DNA of 64,000 nt from Vicugna vicugna (taxonomy: Eukaryota), in assembly GCA_013265495.1 (NCBI GenBank), contig MU063382.1, positions 434,001 through 498,000 of the forward strand. The letters run 5' to 3'. Both the position numbers and the translations under genes were made by a program. Numbering within the stretch: the stretch's first letter is position 1; each line of letters begins with the position of its first letter. Below the pieces are notes generated by a model. It did no database searches, was not told the origin of the DNA, and saw only the letters and a list, made by a program, of their open reading frames with translations. Shown here one piece after another: positions 12,801-25,700 of the stretch.

Positions 12801-14242
12801 CTTAAAAGCCCACTCTGATTGTTATTTTCCTGTTGAAGAACTTACATTGACTCCACAGAGCTCACCAGATAAAGCCTATGTTCATTCATTTGATGATCAA
12901 GTCCTCTAGAAATGTTTCTGCCTTTCTTTCCCGCCGTCTTCCGCATGCCTCTTCTTAAATCCTTTGCACCAGGGCATGTCTCCTGATCTCTCCCATCTAG
13001 TCTTTCCCGGATCACAGCTCCAAACTTTTTCTATTTCTAGTTTTTCCTACCATTCTTAGGGTTTATTCACACAGTTAACCTGTAGATGTTAATTATTAGG
13101 GACACTCAAAAATGAGGAATTTTCTTTTCTAAATTAAGTCAGCTGATTATATTTCTTTTTGTCTCTTAATTAAGGGGACACTGTTGCTCAAACCCAACGT
13201 GCTCCAGTAGCCTTTACACTCTTCTGAGGATTCAAAAGATACCCAGGTTGAACTGTGGCCGGACCACCTAAGATCAGGGTGGATCTGTCAATTCAGGCCC
13301 AGAAGTCAGTCCTGAAAGGCAGGTATTTGCTTAGAGTCTCCTCCAGAAGTGATGCAGGAATGCCTCCAGAGCCTTCTGAGGCATGCCAAGGGCTCCTTCA
13401 GAACTCCTCCAGTTACCAAAACTCCGCATTGTCTTCACAGCTGGTGCCCAGCCTCCCCATGAACTCCTCGGTGCCCTTCATCTGTGCAAAGGAAGAGGGA
13501 GGTTCAGAGGGAGCTCAGGAGAGCTCCCTGGCCACCATGATTTGTGGCTTGAGCAGCATAAACCAAATTCCATCCCATCCCCAATTTTCTTCATCAGCCT
13601 CTTGGGTCTTGAGTTTGTTCAATGATAAACTGAGATATATTACATTTTTAGAGTTTATTTAAGCAAAAGTCGACTCAAACAGAGCAGCGTCAAACCAGAA
13701 ATAACTCAGAGCCCTCTACCAACAGAAGCCCGGGGAGAGACTTCTAGAAAAAATGGAAACAAAGCCAGGAACTTGTTTGACTGGCTTCAGCGTAAGCAGG
13801 TGCCTTTTTGGGAAAGCCTCCTTGGCTGTTTATGATCGGTTGTCCTTACGTTGCGACTTCCTAACCTCGAGGCACTTCGGCCTTAGGTTTTGGTTTGCTC
13901 CCCTGTGTAGGCAGCTGAAGCATCAAAGCCACCTCAGTCCAGTGGCCCCTTGTTTACTTAATTCAACAGTTGTAAGGGTGTAAAGTCGCAGTGATGGTCC
14001 GCAAGCATCCTGCTGGGTCTACCCGGAAGCCTGGTCCTGAAATGACGTGTAGCCTTCATCAGAGACCAGGTACGTTCATCAGGGGTCTAGCGGAAATGTT
14101 ACCCCATGTATTTGCTTCTCTCCGGCATTCTCCTGTCGGGATTAAATCGAGCTGTACTTCCGGGAAAGGCAGCCCACTTCTCAGGGAAGTGATGCTAGAG
14201 ATACCCTGTTCTTTCCCCAAAAGAACAGCTTGAGAAGGGCCA

Positions 14243-14380
14243 AGAGCATAGACTGGACTTTAACAGACAGCGCATCTACGTCTGGCTCCAGCTGTTGACT
14301 AGCTTGGCCTCAGGCTAAATCTTTGAGCTGTCTGAGCCTCAGTTTCCAGAAATGGAGATAATAATGCAAACCTCAAGATA
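14243..14380 (+). repeat. MIR
   Basis: aagagcatagactgg...tctgagcctcagtttccagaaatggagataataatg. Confidence 0.8.
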
Positions 14381-16082
14381 CAAAAAAAGGAAGCAAAACT
14401 AAATGACAAAACTCCGCAGCTGTCTTTTTTCTGCTAGCTAAAGACAAGGTTCTAACTGCCCTCTAAAACCTGGAGATCGCAGACCCCAACTCCTGGCGTG
14501 GACTTGGGGGTGAGCGCTTGGAGGAGGAAACCGGGCCCACCTCCCCTCTTCGCCATCCAGGATGGGTTTGGAGCTCACGTGGGTTTTGCGCAGCCCCGAC
14601 AGCAGGGCAGTGAAGGAGAGGCCACAGAGCAGCTCGTGTCTCGGTGGCCCTGGGGAGGGGTGTGGCATCTTGCTCCAGAGCCCGCTTCCACTGAGGGCAG
14701 AATAGAGGGGACTGGGGAGACGGCTGCCACCCTGCGCTGGGACGGCACCACTCCTCCTAACGAGGGCCCCTCAGAAGTCGTGTTCTCAGAAGGGAGGACG
14801 CCGGAGGAGCTGTGTTCCCGCCCAGCCTCCAGCCGTGCCTGCAGGGCACCAGAAGGAGTGTCGCTTTCAGCCCTGGGCCCCGCAGCCAACCTCACAAAAC
14901 GCTTTTTGGCATTTGCCAACGAGGAAGCTCGGGCTGCAGCTGCAGCGGCCGCGGCAGGTGCTGGTTGCCAGTTTCCCCCCGGCAACCCAGGTGTACTGCA
15001 GGTTAGCGTCTCTGCCTCGGAGCAAGGGCCTCCATCCCGGATGCACGTGGCTGGAAGCGCGGAGTGGAGCTGTGTCCCCCCGTGGTGGGAAGATAATGAT
15101 GGTGCTGGTTTTTATGGCGCATAATATAACCTCCGTGGGTGGTTCAGGAGAAGCAGTGGCTTTTAGAGGATATGGGAGGTTGTAACTCGCTTGTTGATGT
15201 TTCCTGTTTGAGGGTTTTCATGTTTTTATTTTTTTATTTTTTGCGTTTTGTTGCCATCATTCAGTTCAATTCATTGTGGTTCACAGATTTGCTCAGGTCC
15301 TTGGCTAATATGTTTACGACTCAGGAGGGCACTGCTTCCAGCCACGGGATAATTCAAGCTTGTATTCCTATGTTGTGCAGAAATGTTCACCTCCAGGATC
15401 TTACATGGGGCTCTCTGTGAAATCAGGATGGCGGAGAGGGGGAATTGCTAACCTGTTCTGTTTGACGTGTAATCTAAGGCTCAGAGAATGACTTTCCAGG
15501 TTGTAAACCAAGAGTTTACGGAGCCAGGGCCCCAGTTCAGGTCTTCCGAGTCTCAGGGCCCATCCTTTCCAGTCTCCCACACTGCTTGGGCCTCCCGCTA
15601 GCCCTTGTGTCTTTGTTTCCAGTTGCCAGTGAACTGTTTAATCACATCTCTTTCCCTCTGATCGGCTGTGGTCTTCCCTTTGGTACACAGATCAATGCCT
15701 GTTAACCACAGTTGCCCGCCTCGGAGGCTCTGTTGCCAAGCAGGGTGGGAGGGAGAGGAAAGGAAAAAATCCCGAGATTAAAAGCAGCTCGTCCCCTTCA
15801 CCACGCCTTCCATCTCCCTGTGCCCCACTGCACTGCAGGCCCCCATCTCCATCTCCTTCTAGACACCCCAGAAAGCATGTTTGGTCCTCCTGGAAATTCA
15901 GGCTCAGTGGGGCATCAAAGGAAATTTAAGCTGGACCCCCAAGCACTTGGTTAAAGATCATCTGGTCCTTTCACCCCTAGCATATTGGTAACTCACACCC
16001 CGGTGGACTGTTAACTTCTAATTATTCTTGATATAAGCAGAAGCCTGGCACTAGGAAATCTATAAAAGCTGATAACGCCCAA

Positions 16083-16085
<3 letters not shown>

Positions 16086-16122
<37 letters not shown>
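16086..16122. repeat. (AC)18 microsatellite
   Basis: Seen directly. Confidence 0.97.
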
Positions 16123-16125
<3 letters not shown>

Positions 16126-16384
16126 CCTATAGCTTTTTTTCTGTAACTTTTTAGGAACTTGCCAGTGATATGTGTCATGATGTTTCTTGACTTAGGCAGA
16201 TGTTACAGTATGTTTGCATTGCTTAAACAAATAATTAAGGACACGAGAAGGCAGCCCAGAAGTTTACGGAAACACAGTCCCAAGGCAGCGTTTACCGTGA
16301 TGGTTCACCTGGGCGTTACCAAAGGAGCAGCTTCTAAGACTCCGCCTCTCTTAACTCACAATTAACTGAAAACAGTAACAAAAG

Positions 16385-16560
16385 CAATAATACATCAACA
16401 CATCTAATGAGCACTTACCATTTGCCAGACATTGTATTAAATCTGGCACACGTCTTACCTGTTCATTCTTCACGACAACCCTGTAGTCTGTGTACTACTG
16501 ATAGTTACAGACGAGAAAATTCAGGCTTAAGGAGGTTAAATTATTTCTCAAGGTCCTGGC
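16385..16560 (-). repeat. MIR
   Basis: aatgagcacttaccatttgccagac...cacgacaaccctg...acagacgagaaaattcaggcttaaggaggttaa. Confidence 0.8.
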
Positions 16561-16614
16561 TAACATAGCTGGTGTAGACTTGGGCTGGAGTCTGAAGGAA
16601 GGCAAAACTCTAAT

Positions 16615-16995
16615 TTTTTTTTCACCTTTAGAGCAAATTGTTTTACCCCTTTATTCACATATAATTTATATGCAAAAAGCTGTAGATATTTAATGTCCAT
16701 GACTTGTGTTCGGGAATAAGTATACACCCATAAAACTACTACCATCATGCGGGCACATCCTCTCCCTCCAGAATTTTCTCCCACCCCTTTTAATATTTAT
16801 TCATTCATTCATTCATTCATTCATTGTTAGCAGAGGTGCTAGGGATTGAACCCAGGACCTCATACATGCTAAGTACACACTCTACCACTGAGCTACACCC
16901 TCCCCCATTATTATTACTTTTGTTGTTGTTGTAAGTACACTTAGCATACGATCCACCCTCTTTGAGCTTTGCAAGCAACACTATATTGTAGGCTT
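16615..16995 (-). mobile_element. Old L1 3'-end fragment, split by the SINE at 16787-16906
   Basis: aagtatacacccataaaactactaccatc...cacatcctctccctccagaattttctcc, resuming as gtacacttagcatacgatccaccctc after the SINE. Confidence 0.6.
16787..16906 (-). mobile_element. tRNA-Ala-derived SINE, short form with (TGAA)n tail
   Basis: gaggtgctagggattgaacccaggacctcatacatgctaagtacacactctaccactgagctacaccctcccc, preceded by (ttca)n. Confidence 0.88.
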
Positions 16996-17289
16996 ATAGG
17001 TTTCCCATTTTAGAAGGCCAGTGTCAGGTTTATAACTGGATACTGATAGAATTGTGTATGACATTTAGTAAGAAAATGATATAATTCAGGTAATCACGTC
17101 AGTGCACTGATCTCAACACTGTGGGGTGCCACAGCCCAGCTCTGGGACTGAAGATTCTACCGTCTGTCAGGGTTGCAGATGTAATCGTGTGATATAAGCA
17201 TAAATCACAAAGGGTGATTCTGATTTGACTAGAACAGGACTGTGTTGGACTTGTAGTGTAGAAGAGACTTGAACGCCAGGGAAGTGTGA

Positions 17290-17365
17290 CAAATATTGTG
17301 CCATTAGCATGCGCCACAGTGCCAGGCACCTGATAAAGATTTGGTCAATATTTAATGAATAAAGC
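17290..17365 (+). repeat. L2 3' end
   Basis: cacagtgccaggcacctgataaagatttggtcaatatttaatgaataaa. Confidence 0.6.
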
Positions 17366-18044
17366 AGCATGTAGACCAGTCTCCCCAGTGCAGAAATTTC
17401 CTCAAAGCAGCAGCTCCGGTCCCTCAAAGAGTGTGGGGCAGCTTATACGATTTTATAGCAGGTGTTGCCTTCAAAGCGCTCATCCCAAGAGCAAGATAGG
17501 GAAATGGTGCCTTTGTGGGAATCCCTGGACTGCTTCCTTCATCCACAAAGTCTTACTAGAAAAAAAAAATGAAATAACTGAACGAAACAGTATGCTCAGG
17601 GTCATACTTGATTTACATACAGGTGCAACCTCTCTCTCTCTCTGTCTCCCTGCACTTAACAAACAGTCCTGGGCTGTACACGTTCAAGTTCTCAGTCTCT
17701 CCTAAAGCGCGGCCTCCCAGGCGTGGCTGCCTCTCGGTGTGCACCGTGTGCTGTGGGGGGGGTCGGATCGCCGAGGTCTGAGCGCCACCTCTGCCTAGCT
17801 GTGTGATCTTGGCCAGTCAGCTACTCTCTGAAAATCACAGCTGGAGATTGTGTGCAGTAAAGAAAACTGTCCATGGAAATGGCCGAATATGTGGCAGTGC
17901 TTTATACCTGTTAGTTTTTTGTGGATGTGGTTATTAATGTTGTAGAAACGTGTACGGTTTTTTAAAAAACAAAGATCCCAGTAAAGTAAATATACTAGTA
18001 TAAAATTAAAAAAATGAAGATCCAAGCTTATATTAAGGGTTCAA

Positions 18045-18610
18045 GAAATGGTAGGAGGTGACCTTATAATTCTCCAGCCTCCTTCACCCAAGGGGTGGAG
18101 GGGGTTCAGGGACAGGCGTGAATCTTGATGTGCTGAAGGGCACCTGGGGATTGTTTTCATCACATGGTGAGACACGCAGACATGACAACAGTGGTCATGA
18201 AGGAAGGAGTTTACACTCACGGGCCTCTGGAAACAGGAGGCACCCCGTGCCATGCCTGTGGTGTGGAGGGCCACATGGGTAATCACCACACGTCAACAAG
18301 ATGGGGGTGAGCTGGTCTGAGTAATTTCAGCAGACTCCAGGGTGCAGAGATGGCCCCTGGGCGCCCGGTGCTCGGCCCTGACGTGGTGTAGAGGGAGGGC
18401 CTCAGTGGCTCATCCTGGGAAGGCTCCGTCCAGGAGGCAGTTGGAGGACGTGGGCGCTGGATCGAGTGGTTTGCATGTGAAGAGCTTGCTCTCCGAGGAT
18501 TTGTTTACTATCTCTAGGAATAAACCAGCCATGGAAGGCACAGTGTCTTCAGGATTATCAAGGCCTGAAATGTCAGAGCATCATAAAATATGGAAAATAA
18601 AATACACAAT
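18045..18610. mobile_element. ERV-type solo LTR (family name uncertain)
   Basis: Contains gtcatgaaggaaggagtttacactcac, gaaacaggaggcac, tttactatctctaggaa, gagcatcataaaatatggaaaataaaa, which I recognise from an old eutherian LTR family. Confidence 0.55.
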
Positions 18611-19849
18611 TAATGCATCTGGCACTGCAACCCTGGTTGGCGGAGTAGGGTTGGTACTTAGAAAGGCACGATAATGGTTTCTATCAAGCTCACAACCAAC
18701 TCAGCTTCTGGGTTAGGGGGTCCTGTGGGTATCTTCAGGGTGGAGAAAAGGATGCCGGGTTGGTGCAGCCATCATGCCGTCATCCTGCTACCATTCCCAG
18801 TGCTCAGGCCCACCCTGCTTTACCTTTGATAACTCATTTCACAAAAGTCTGGTTGTCTCAGCCCAACGAGACTTTTAAGAGAGACCTGTTTCTAAAGCCG
18901 GACTCCCTGAGACACAGACGCGTTAGGGTGGCATCTGACTGAGCAGCAGCCACTGAATGCTCGTGTCTTTGTGACAGTCACTAGGCGTCTCCAGTCACGC
19001 CAAGAAGTCTGGTTGTGGTTGATAGACACAGCTCATCCACCAGGTTTCTCCACACCCTGTGTTGTAATTTGCTTTCAGGACAAGACGTGTGGTGTCCAAG
19101 ACACTTGGAAGTACACAGATGTGTTTAAGTGACTTGATGTCTTCTCAGGTTTTGCCTTAATTCAGTCATCCATACATTCTTTCACTCAACCAAGAAATAA
19201 TGTTTGGCAGAATTATTTTTTTTTCTGAATTGGCAGGCAATACAGCAAAATAAATCACTGAGCTTTGGGACACAAATCCTCTCAAACGGGAGGATGGGGA
19301 AAGCCAGTGTCTGCTGTACCACCAGCAGCCAGCAGGCTGAGGGAGTTAATGCAGACAGTCTCGGCCATCCGGGGACACCACTGGCCTCCCTACAGCCCGT
19401 GCTGAGCTGATGGACACCTAGGGGTCTCAGAGGAATCGGTTTCACTCCCCGGTCACCCAGGTAGCTCTGTCTGCTTCACTGGCCACAGGGTCTTCCCTCA
19501 CTGTGACCTGCTTCCTAACCCAAAGGGCGAAGGAGGCGGATGTGATGTGCAGATGAAACAGGGCCCATCCATCCCCTCCCAGGTAAACAGGCACCTGTAT
19601 CCTCCCACGCGGGGTCAGGGCAACACATTTCAACTGCAGCCCATGCCATGGTTCATCTAGATAGGAATACATGAACAAACGTGTTCCTGTTAACTGGCAG
19701 CTAACTGGTTTAGCTTCCTGTTACTCTGGTCTAGTGGCTGCTCATTGAATTTCCCCCTGGCACACGCCTAGGAAACCAAAACACGAAGGGAACCCATTAG
19801 CTAGTTCTTGAGAGGACCAGACATCCAAGGAGCCAGGACCACGTGGCGT

Positions 19850-20075
19850 TATTCTGTGGTAAGGCTTCGGAGCCAGCTTGCGTGGGCTCAGATTCTGACT
19901 CTGCTACCTGCTGGTTGTGGTAACTGAGGGTGAAACGCTTACCCTCTCTGTAAAATGGGCATAAATATCGTACCCCTCCTATAGGCTTGCTGGTAAACTT
20001 GAAATGAGTTAATACGTGTAAAGGGCTTGGAGAGCGCTCTAATACAGCTTGCGTGCACTTTACTTGTCACTGTTA
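19850..20075 (+). repeat. MIR
   Basis: ggagccagcttgcgtgggctcagattctgactctgc...ctgtaaaatgggc...aaatgagttaatacgtgtaaag. Confidence 0.85.
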
Positions 20076-20999
20076 CCAGCACGGCTGTGAGAGAGTTTTG
20101 GGAACTGGAGTACTTCTCTCTGACAAGCAGAGGGCGCCTTCTCTGGCTGCTCCGCAGTAACGCCAGGAGTTTCTCGACCCGGTCCAGGCATTCCAGGATG
20201 TAGGGAGGAAGCTTCTGGAAGCCAGATCACCTCTTGTAGGTTTTCCAGGATTCAGAGGGCAGAGAGTAGAAAAGATGGACTCTGAACCTGGCCAGACCAG
20301 GACAGAAGGTGCTGGGGGACCCCCAGCCCCGAGATGGAGCAGGTACCAAGGTACTAGAAAAAGGCCAACCTCTCGAGTCATCTCCACTCTCTTAGGGGCG
20401 TAATAGGATGCTCAAACGTCTGTATCAGGTCATCTTTCGTTTTGGCCCTAGTTCAGAAACCTGCCAGGTCTCTGTATTCACACCAGCACCAGGGCTCTGA
20501 TCTACCTTCACCTGTGTCACCATGAAACCTACCTAAGACCTACCCCTAATGTATATGCAGTGCTTGGAAGCACTGTCACCTCCCCAGTGCCTTCAAGTAT
20601 GACATACACCTGCTTTTCAGGCGCCAACCACCCCACCGGGGCCCTGGGCTGTTAGAAGTGTCAGAAGGCCCAGAGGGCACCTGAAGATGTCTAAACGGCC
20701 ATGTTTGTGGGTGTTAAAAGTGGCGTGTTGGAACCCACTTCATACCTGTTCATCTGCCTTTCTCGATGTTTCGCCCCGTCAAGCACGTGTTATAATGCAA
20801 GGCAGCAAGGGCGGGGACTGGTGATGAAGTTGTGCCATGGGGAATATCTTGGTTTGAACAGGGAAAAATAGATCAGAGCGTAGACATATGCTGATGGCCA
20901 TACATCGTCTCTTTACCAGAGAGAAAGGAGATTTGACATTCGGTCATGCTAATATTCTGTTCTTGAGTTAGATGCTTATTTTATAAAACTTGTCATTTA

Positions 21000-21075
21000 T
21001 TCAGCCCTCACATTTACCATACGAGGGGAATTATTACAATTTACACTAAAGGAAACTGAGGTCCAGAAGTCCAAC
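21000..21075 (-). repeat. MIR core fragment
   Basis: caatttacactaaaggaaactgaggtccaga. Confidence 0.55.
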
Positions 21076-21605
21076 TGACAGTCCCCACCACGCGGAGGTT
21101 AACGTCCTAAAGCAGAACGGCCCCTCCGAGCATCACTGAAAGGTACCAAACGACAAAGGAAACAGAGCCGGGCGTGATGAAACTGACCGGCGGCTCCTTT
21201 TCTTTACAGAGGGAACTAATTAGTCGGAGCTCTTGCCGAGTTTCATAAGAACCGGGCTGGTGGGGGTGGGGGAAGAGTTCCCTTTATATATACTATTTTA
21301 GGAAAGCCCATAATTGAATCTAATTTCTGCAGCTGCCATTAGAATGCAGGATGGCGGCGGCAGCATATGGGAGGCAACAGAGGCCCACAGAGCAGGGTGG
21401 GGTGTGCCCAGTGCCACTGAGAAACCCGGGCAGAGGGCAGAGCCACCTGCCCTAAAGTGACGCAGAAGCCACGGTGGGGGGGAAGGCGGGAGAGAGTGGC
21501 CCCCCAGTCCCCGCCTCAGAGGGTTGGGGGCGACCATCTCCCCGAGTTCCCCTAGCGGGAAACCTTCTGGATCTTTGTTCTCTCCCTCCGCCACGGCTTG
21601 TTAAG

Positions 21606-21809
21606 NNNNNNNNNNNNNNNNNNNNNNNNNNNNNNNNNNNNNNNNNNNNNNNNNNNNNNNNNNNNNNNNNNNNNNNNNNNNNNNNNNNNNNNNNNNNNNN
21701 NNNNNNNNNNNNNNNNNNNNNNNNNNNNNNNNNNNNNNNNNNNNNNNNNNNNNNNNNNNNNNNNNNNNNNNNNNNNNNNNNNNNNNNNNNNNNNNNNNNN
21801 NNNNNNNNN
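21606..21809. other. N gap, 204 nt
   Basis: Run of n. Confidence 0.99.
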
Positions 21810-24624
21810 CACTGGTGTGCGTGCTCACACACACGCGCTCACACGCACACACCTCCCCACCTCCTGTTCCCCGGGGGCCAGTGACTCACAGCCAACTGCA
21901 GGTTTTCCAGAGCCGGCTCGGGTTAAAATTAGCAGGAACCTTTATTGTCCAAGGAGAGGAAGGATTCCTCCATCTCCTTTCACGGCTGCAGGGAAATGCC
22001 ATCTTTTCATTTTTTTTCTCTCCCCCTCTGCTGGAATTGCTCTACCCACCTCCAAAAGCTGCCATCATCAGCCTTTTTTTCTTTTTTTTTCCTCTTCCTT
22101 TGTTTCCTCACAAATGGCCACTAGACCAGGCCCAGCCTCTGGGGATCAAAACAGCCGGACATGGGGGCTTAATGCGGAGGTAAACGGACTCTGGATCGAT
22201 TTGTTACCACGACTGATCAGTGCTCCTTGCTTCTGAGAGGTGGGAGGAAACAGAGAGGGACCCCCACAGACGCAGTCCTGGGCTGGGCACCCTTTTCCAG
22301 AAAGAGGAGGAGGGGAACGAGAAATGCCAGCAGCAGACCTGTGGCACGCGTCCCCAGGGCCCCGCCCCTCCAGGAAGTACGGCCAACAGAGGGTGGAACT
22401 GAGCGAGCTGCCAAATGGGTCCCTTTTCGCCCCAGGCGCCTCTTCTGGACGAAGATGATCATCAGGACCCCCTGCAGCTTCAAAAAACCAGAAACGCCCG
22501 AGTTTTGTGCCCACAATGAACACTGAAGGCCACTGTGGGTTGGCATCTGGGAATTCCCTCTCTGTTTCTCTTCTTTCAAAGAACAAGCCACAGTCTGCTC
22601 CCTTCTGTTATTACCAGTGACTTTTATCAGTGTCAGAAGCCCTTGTTTGCTTTTCCTCTTTGGAAGCTACTATCAAAAGCAGACTACAGGTTCTTCTGCG
22701 GGGGTCTGACCACCCTACTCCATCCCCAGTTCATTTCATCACATCCCCTAATGGGACCTTCACAATCATTAGGCAAAATAAGAAAAGAAACTTGGAAGTC
22801 AGGCCCCTGGGCAGACCACTAACATGAAAGGCCTGGCCGCCCTTGGATGACTGGGGCAGAGGCCCAGAGTGCAGAAGTCCAGGTTGGGGTAGCTCCACCA
22901 GCAACACACAGCGTGACTTCTGCGAGCCTTTGTTTCTTCATTCGTGGAGCGATCTTTCCAGCTTGGTTATTCTGTGATTCTGCTATCTGGGCTGCAGACT
23001 TAGAGTGGTTTTCCTTGAACATTTGTTCCCCATAGTATTTGAGAATTAAACCCCTCTTTCTCTGCATTTTGCTTTCTTGAAATGGAATAATAAATAACCC
23101 GTATTTCTGCTACAATTCCTCAAAACATAAAAATCATGTCCTCTGATTTATAATATTCATTGAATTGTAGAATGTTTCTCACGGAGACTAGAGAAAAAAA
23201 CGCCACCATCTTGTTTCCGCTTCAAGCAGTGGTCTCAGTGATGTGGTTTTGTGTGTCTGTCTCCTGTGCACTTTCCAAGCCCTGATGCAGCTCCGTGAAA
23301 CACGTGCTGGCTGATCACATGATCTCTCGCTAGCCCTTTGCCAGGCGGACACTGTTGGAAACATAGAAATATAAGCCACAAACTCTCTTCTCAACTTTCT
23401 AATTATCTTTGGGGGAAGTCAAGATGACTCTGTATAATAATAATAATATTAGTAACAGCATGCTTGTTAGGAGGCAGGCCGTGTGCGCGACCCTTGATAG
23501 AGAGTTACTCCATTTCAGCCTTAGCAGACTCCTTAAGGTATCTCTTTCTAGTTCTGCTTTACCCACAAAGAATCTCAGGCTTAGATTCATTCGTCTGCCC
23601 AAGGCTGGACAGTGAGGCGCTGATCGATGCTGTGAGTTTGAAATGTCCTATAACCAAGCGCTAAACTGAGTGCAAGCCAGGTCTGCAGAGCCGTGCTGTG
23701 GGTGGGGTGCTGTCTGCGAGGTCAGGGATGCAGAGGTTCCGAGGAAGAGGGGATACCTGTGGCTTGAGCTTACGCTGAAAGGAATGAGCAGGGACAAACC
23801 CTGGGCAGTGGCGAGGAGGCCCCAGTTCAGAAGTGAGAAAGGGGAATATGGATTCCCGATCGAAGATGTTAAAACGAATGCTGGAAGACCGCTTTGCCGC
23901 CTCCAGCCCTCTTTAACGACAGGCAAGCTTTCGGTGAGACCACTGGGGAGTGAGGGGATCCCCCTGCCCAATACTTGACCCCACTCCCTCTTCAAGCTGA
24001 ATGTCCTTCACACAGGTTCTTGGCCTGACAAAAGGATGCCCTCAGATACCTTTGATTATTTTTAAAGTAGTGCTTATAAAAACAAATACACTCTACTTAT
24101 TACATAACTGAGACTGGAAAAATAATGTTTTACTGTCAGTTTTATTAGTTGAGAAATGTAATAATTTCCAAGTTTGAGAAATATAGTCAGGGAATTTTTT
24201 TTTTAATCTTTTGTAAAGTCTTGCCGCTTGCTCCACTGGCATCTGTGGGCAATTCCATTTGCTCCCTAAATCCTGGTTTCCGGCTTCCTTTCCTTTCTTA
24301 GGGGAGCTTAAGTCAAACATGGAAATTATTTTTTAGCTCTGCGTTTATGGAAATTTTCCACTGTTGTCGTCGTCTAATTGCAGATTCAATCAGAATTCCC
24401 CCCCATCAGGTTCTGCAGCTTCTTGATCTGACATTAGGCTATTATCTGCTTACACCCAGGGCTAACTAAGCAAAATTAAGAAAAAAAGCCGTCGACTGAC
24501 AAAAGTTCTTTTCCTAAACCTTGGCCTAAAGAAAACCTTGCTGTCACTTTTTGGGGTTCAGATGCTAAAGTATCAACCTGCATTTCTAATAACCATGGGG
24601 GGAGTAAGGCTGTTTAAGAGAAGG

Positions 24625-24760
24625 CACGTGACAGAGAGACTTGGGTTCAGATCCCTGCTTGCATTAATTTTTTGCGAGACCCTGAATGTTTCTTAACATG
24701 TTGGAGCCTCAGTTGCTTTGTAGGTAAGATATAGTTTATATTACCTATTTCCTTGGTTGC
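24625..24760 (+). repeat. MIR
   Basis: gacttgggttcagatccctgc...cttaacatgttggagcctcagtt. Confidence 0.7.
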
Positions 24761-25599
24761 GAGGAGCTTTCTGTTAAAAGTGACACATGGAATCGTTTGG
24801 TCTTCAACCAAGGACAGTGAGTCAGTCTTGAAGTAACCAAAAGGACCTCATTAAAAAGTGGCTGCCCTCCCGGGACACCTTGAACCAGAAGCATCCACCC
24901 CCCTGGGGGCGGGACCCACGATAAAAACACCCAGATGAGCCGAGAGCCGACTGGGCTTCCCAGGCCTTTAGTGTCAGGTTAGCTTTTGCATTTTGTTTGG
25001 TTTATCTGATAGAAATGAGAGCTCTGTCGTCTGCTCAAAAATAGAATCACTTCCCATGTTTGGCTCTCAGATCTGCTTACGCTGGCCAGGCGACTTCCCT
25101 CTTGTTTAAGATGATGGGAGGCCCTTCTGTCTACTCAGGGTGCAGCATCAGAAGGAATTAGAGGCCATATAGAAACTCAAGACGAACAGAAGTGTCATGC
25201 CCAAAGTCACGGAGCTGGAGACGCCTAAGCCCGGACCTCGCCATCTCCTGAGCCCCCGCACCCCGCCCTCCACCCCGCGTCTTTCCTTCTCAACCTTAAA
25301 CCACGCAGTGAACGCATGAGGTCGCCCTGTAGGGAGACCCTCACCCCTGTCCAGCAGGAATCTAAACGAGTCGCCTGGGCTGGTGTGCAAAATCTCCCAG
25401 ACAACCTCAGCCCAGTGTGGTTCCTTCTCCACTGCACACTTATCCATAAATGTGGGCTGTTCCTGTGTTGAACTCGTCCCAGTGTTCACTGGTCCTGTTA
25501 ATCAGTGGTCAGAGGTCCCTTTGGTGTGGCTTGTCTTCAGTTAGAAGACCACCACTGCCCCTTCTTACTTTTCACATACTGATTCTTGTCCTCTCTTTA

Positions 25600-25700
25600 T
25601 GCCGCGCAGCAAGAGTATTTTTACTGAGGTCTGCCAAAATCCCTTCTTCATCATGGATGTGCAATAGATGTTTGTTAAACAAATGGATAAATGAATATAT
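25600..25700 (+). repeat. L2 3' end
   Basis: gcaatagatgtttgttaaacaaatggataaatgaat. Confidence 0.5.

Noticed and set aside
14498-15124. 208-aa ORF and its 136-aa antisense ORF
   Set aside because: GC-rich patch, no recognisable domain, low-complexity Ala runs and no convincing splice context.
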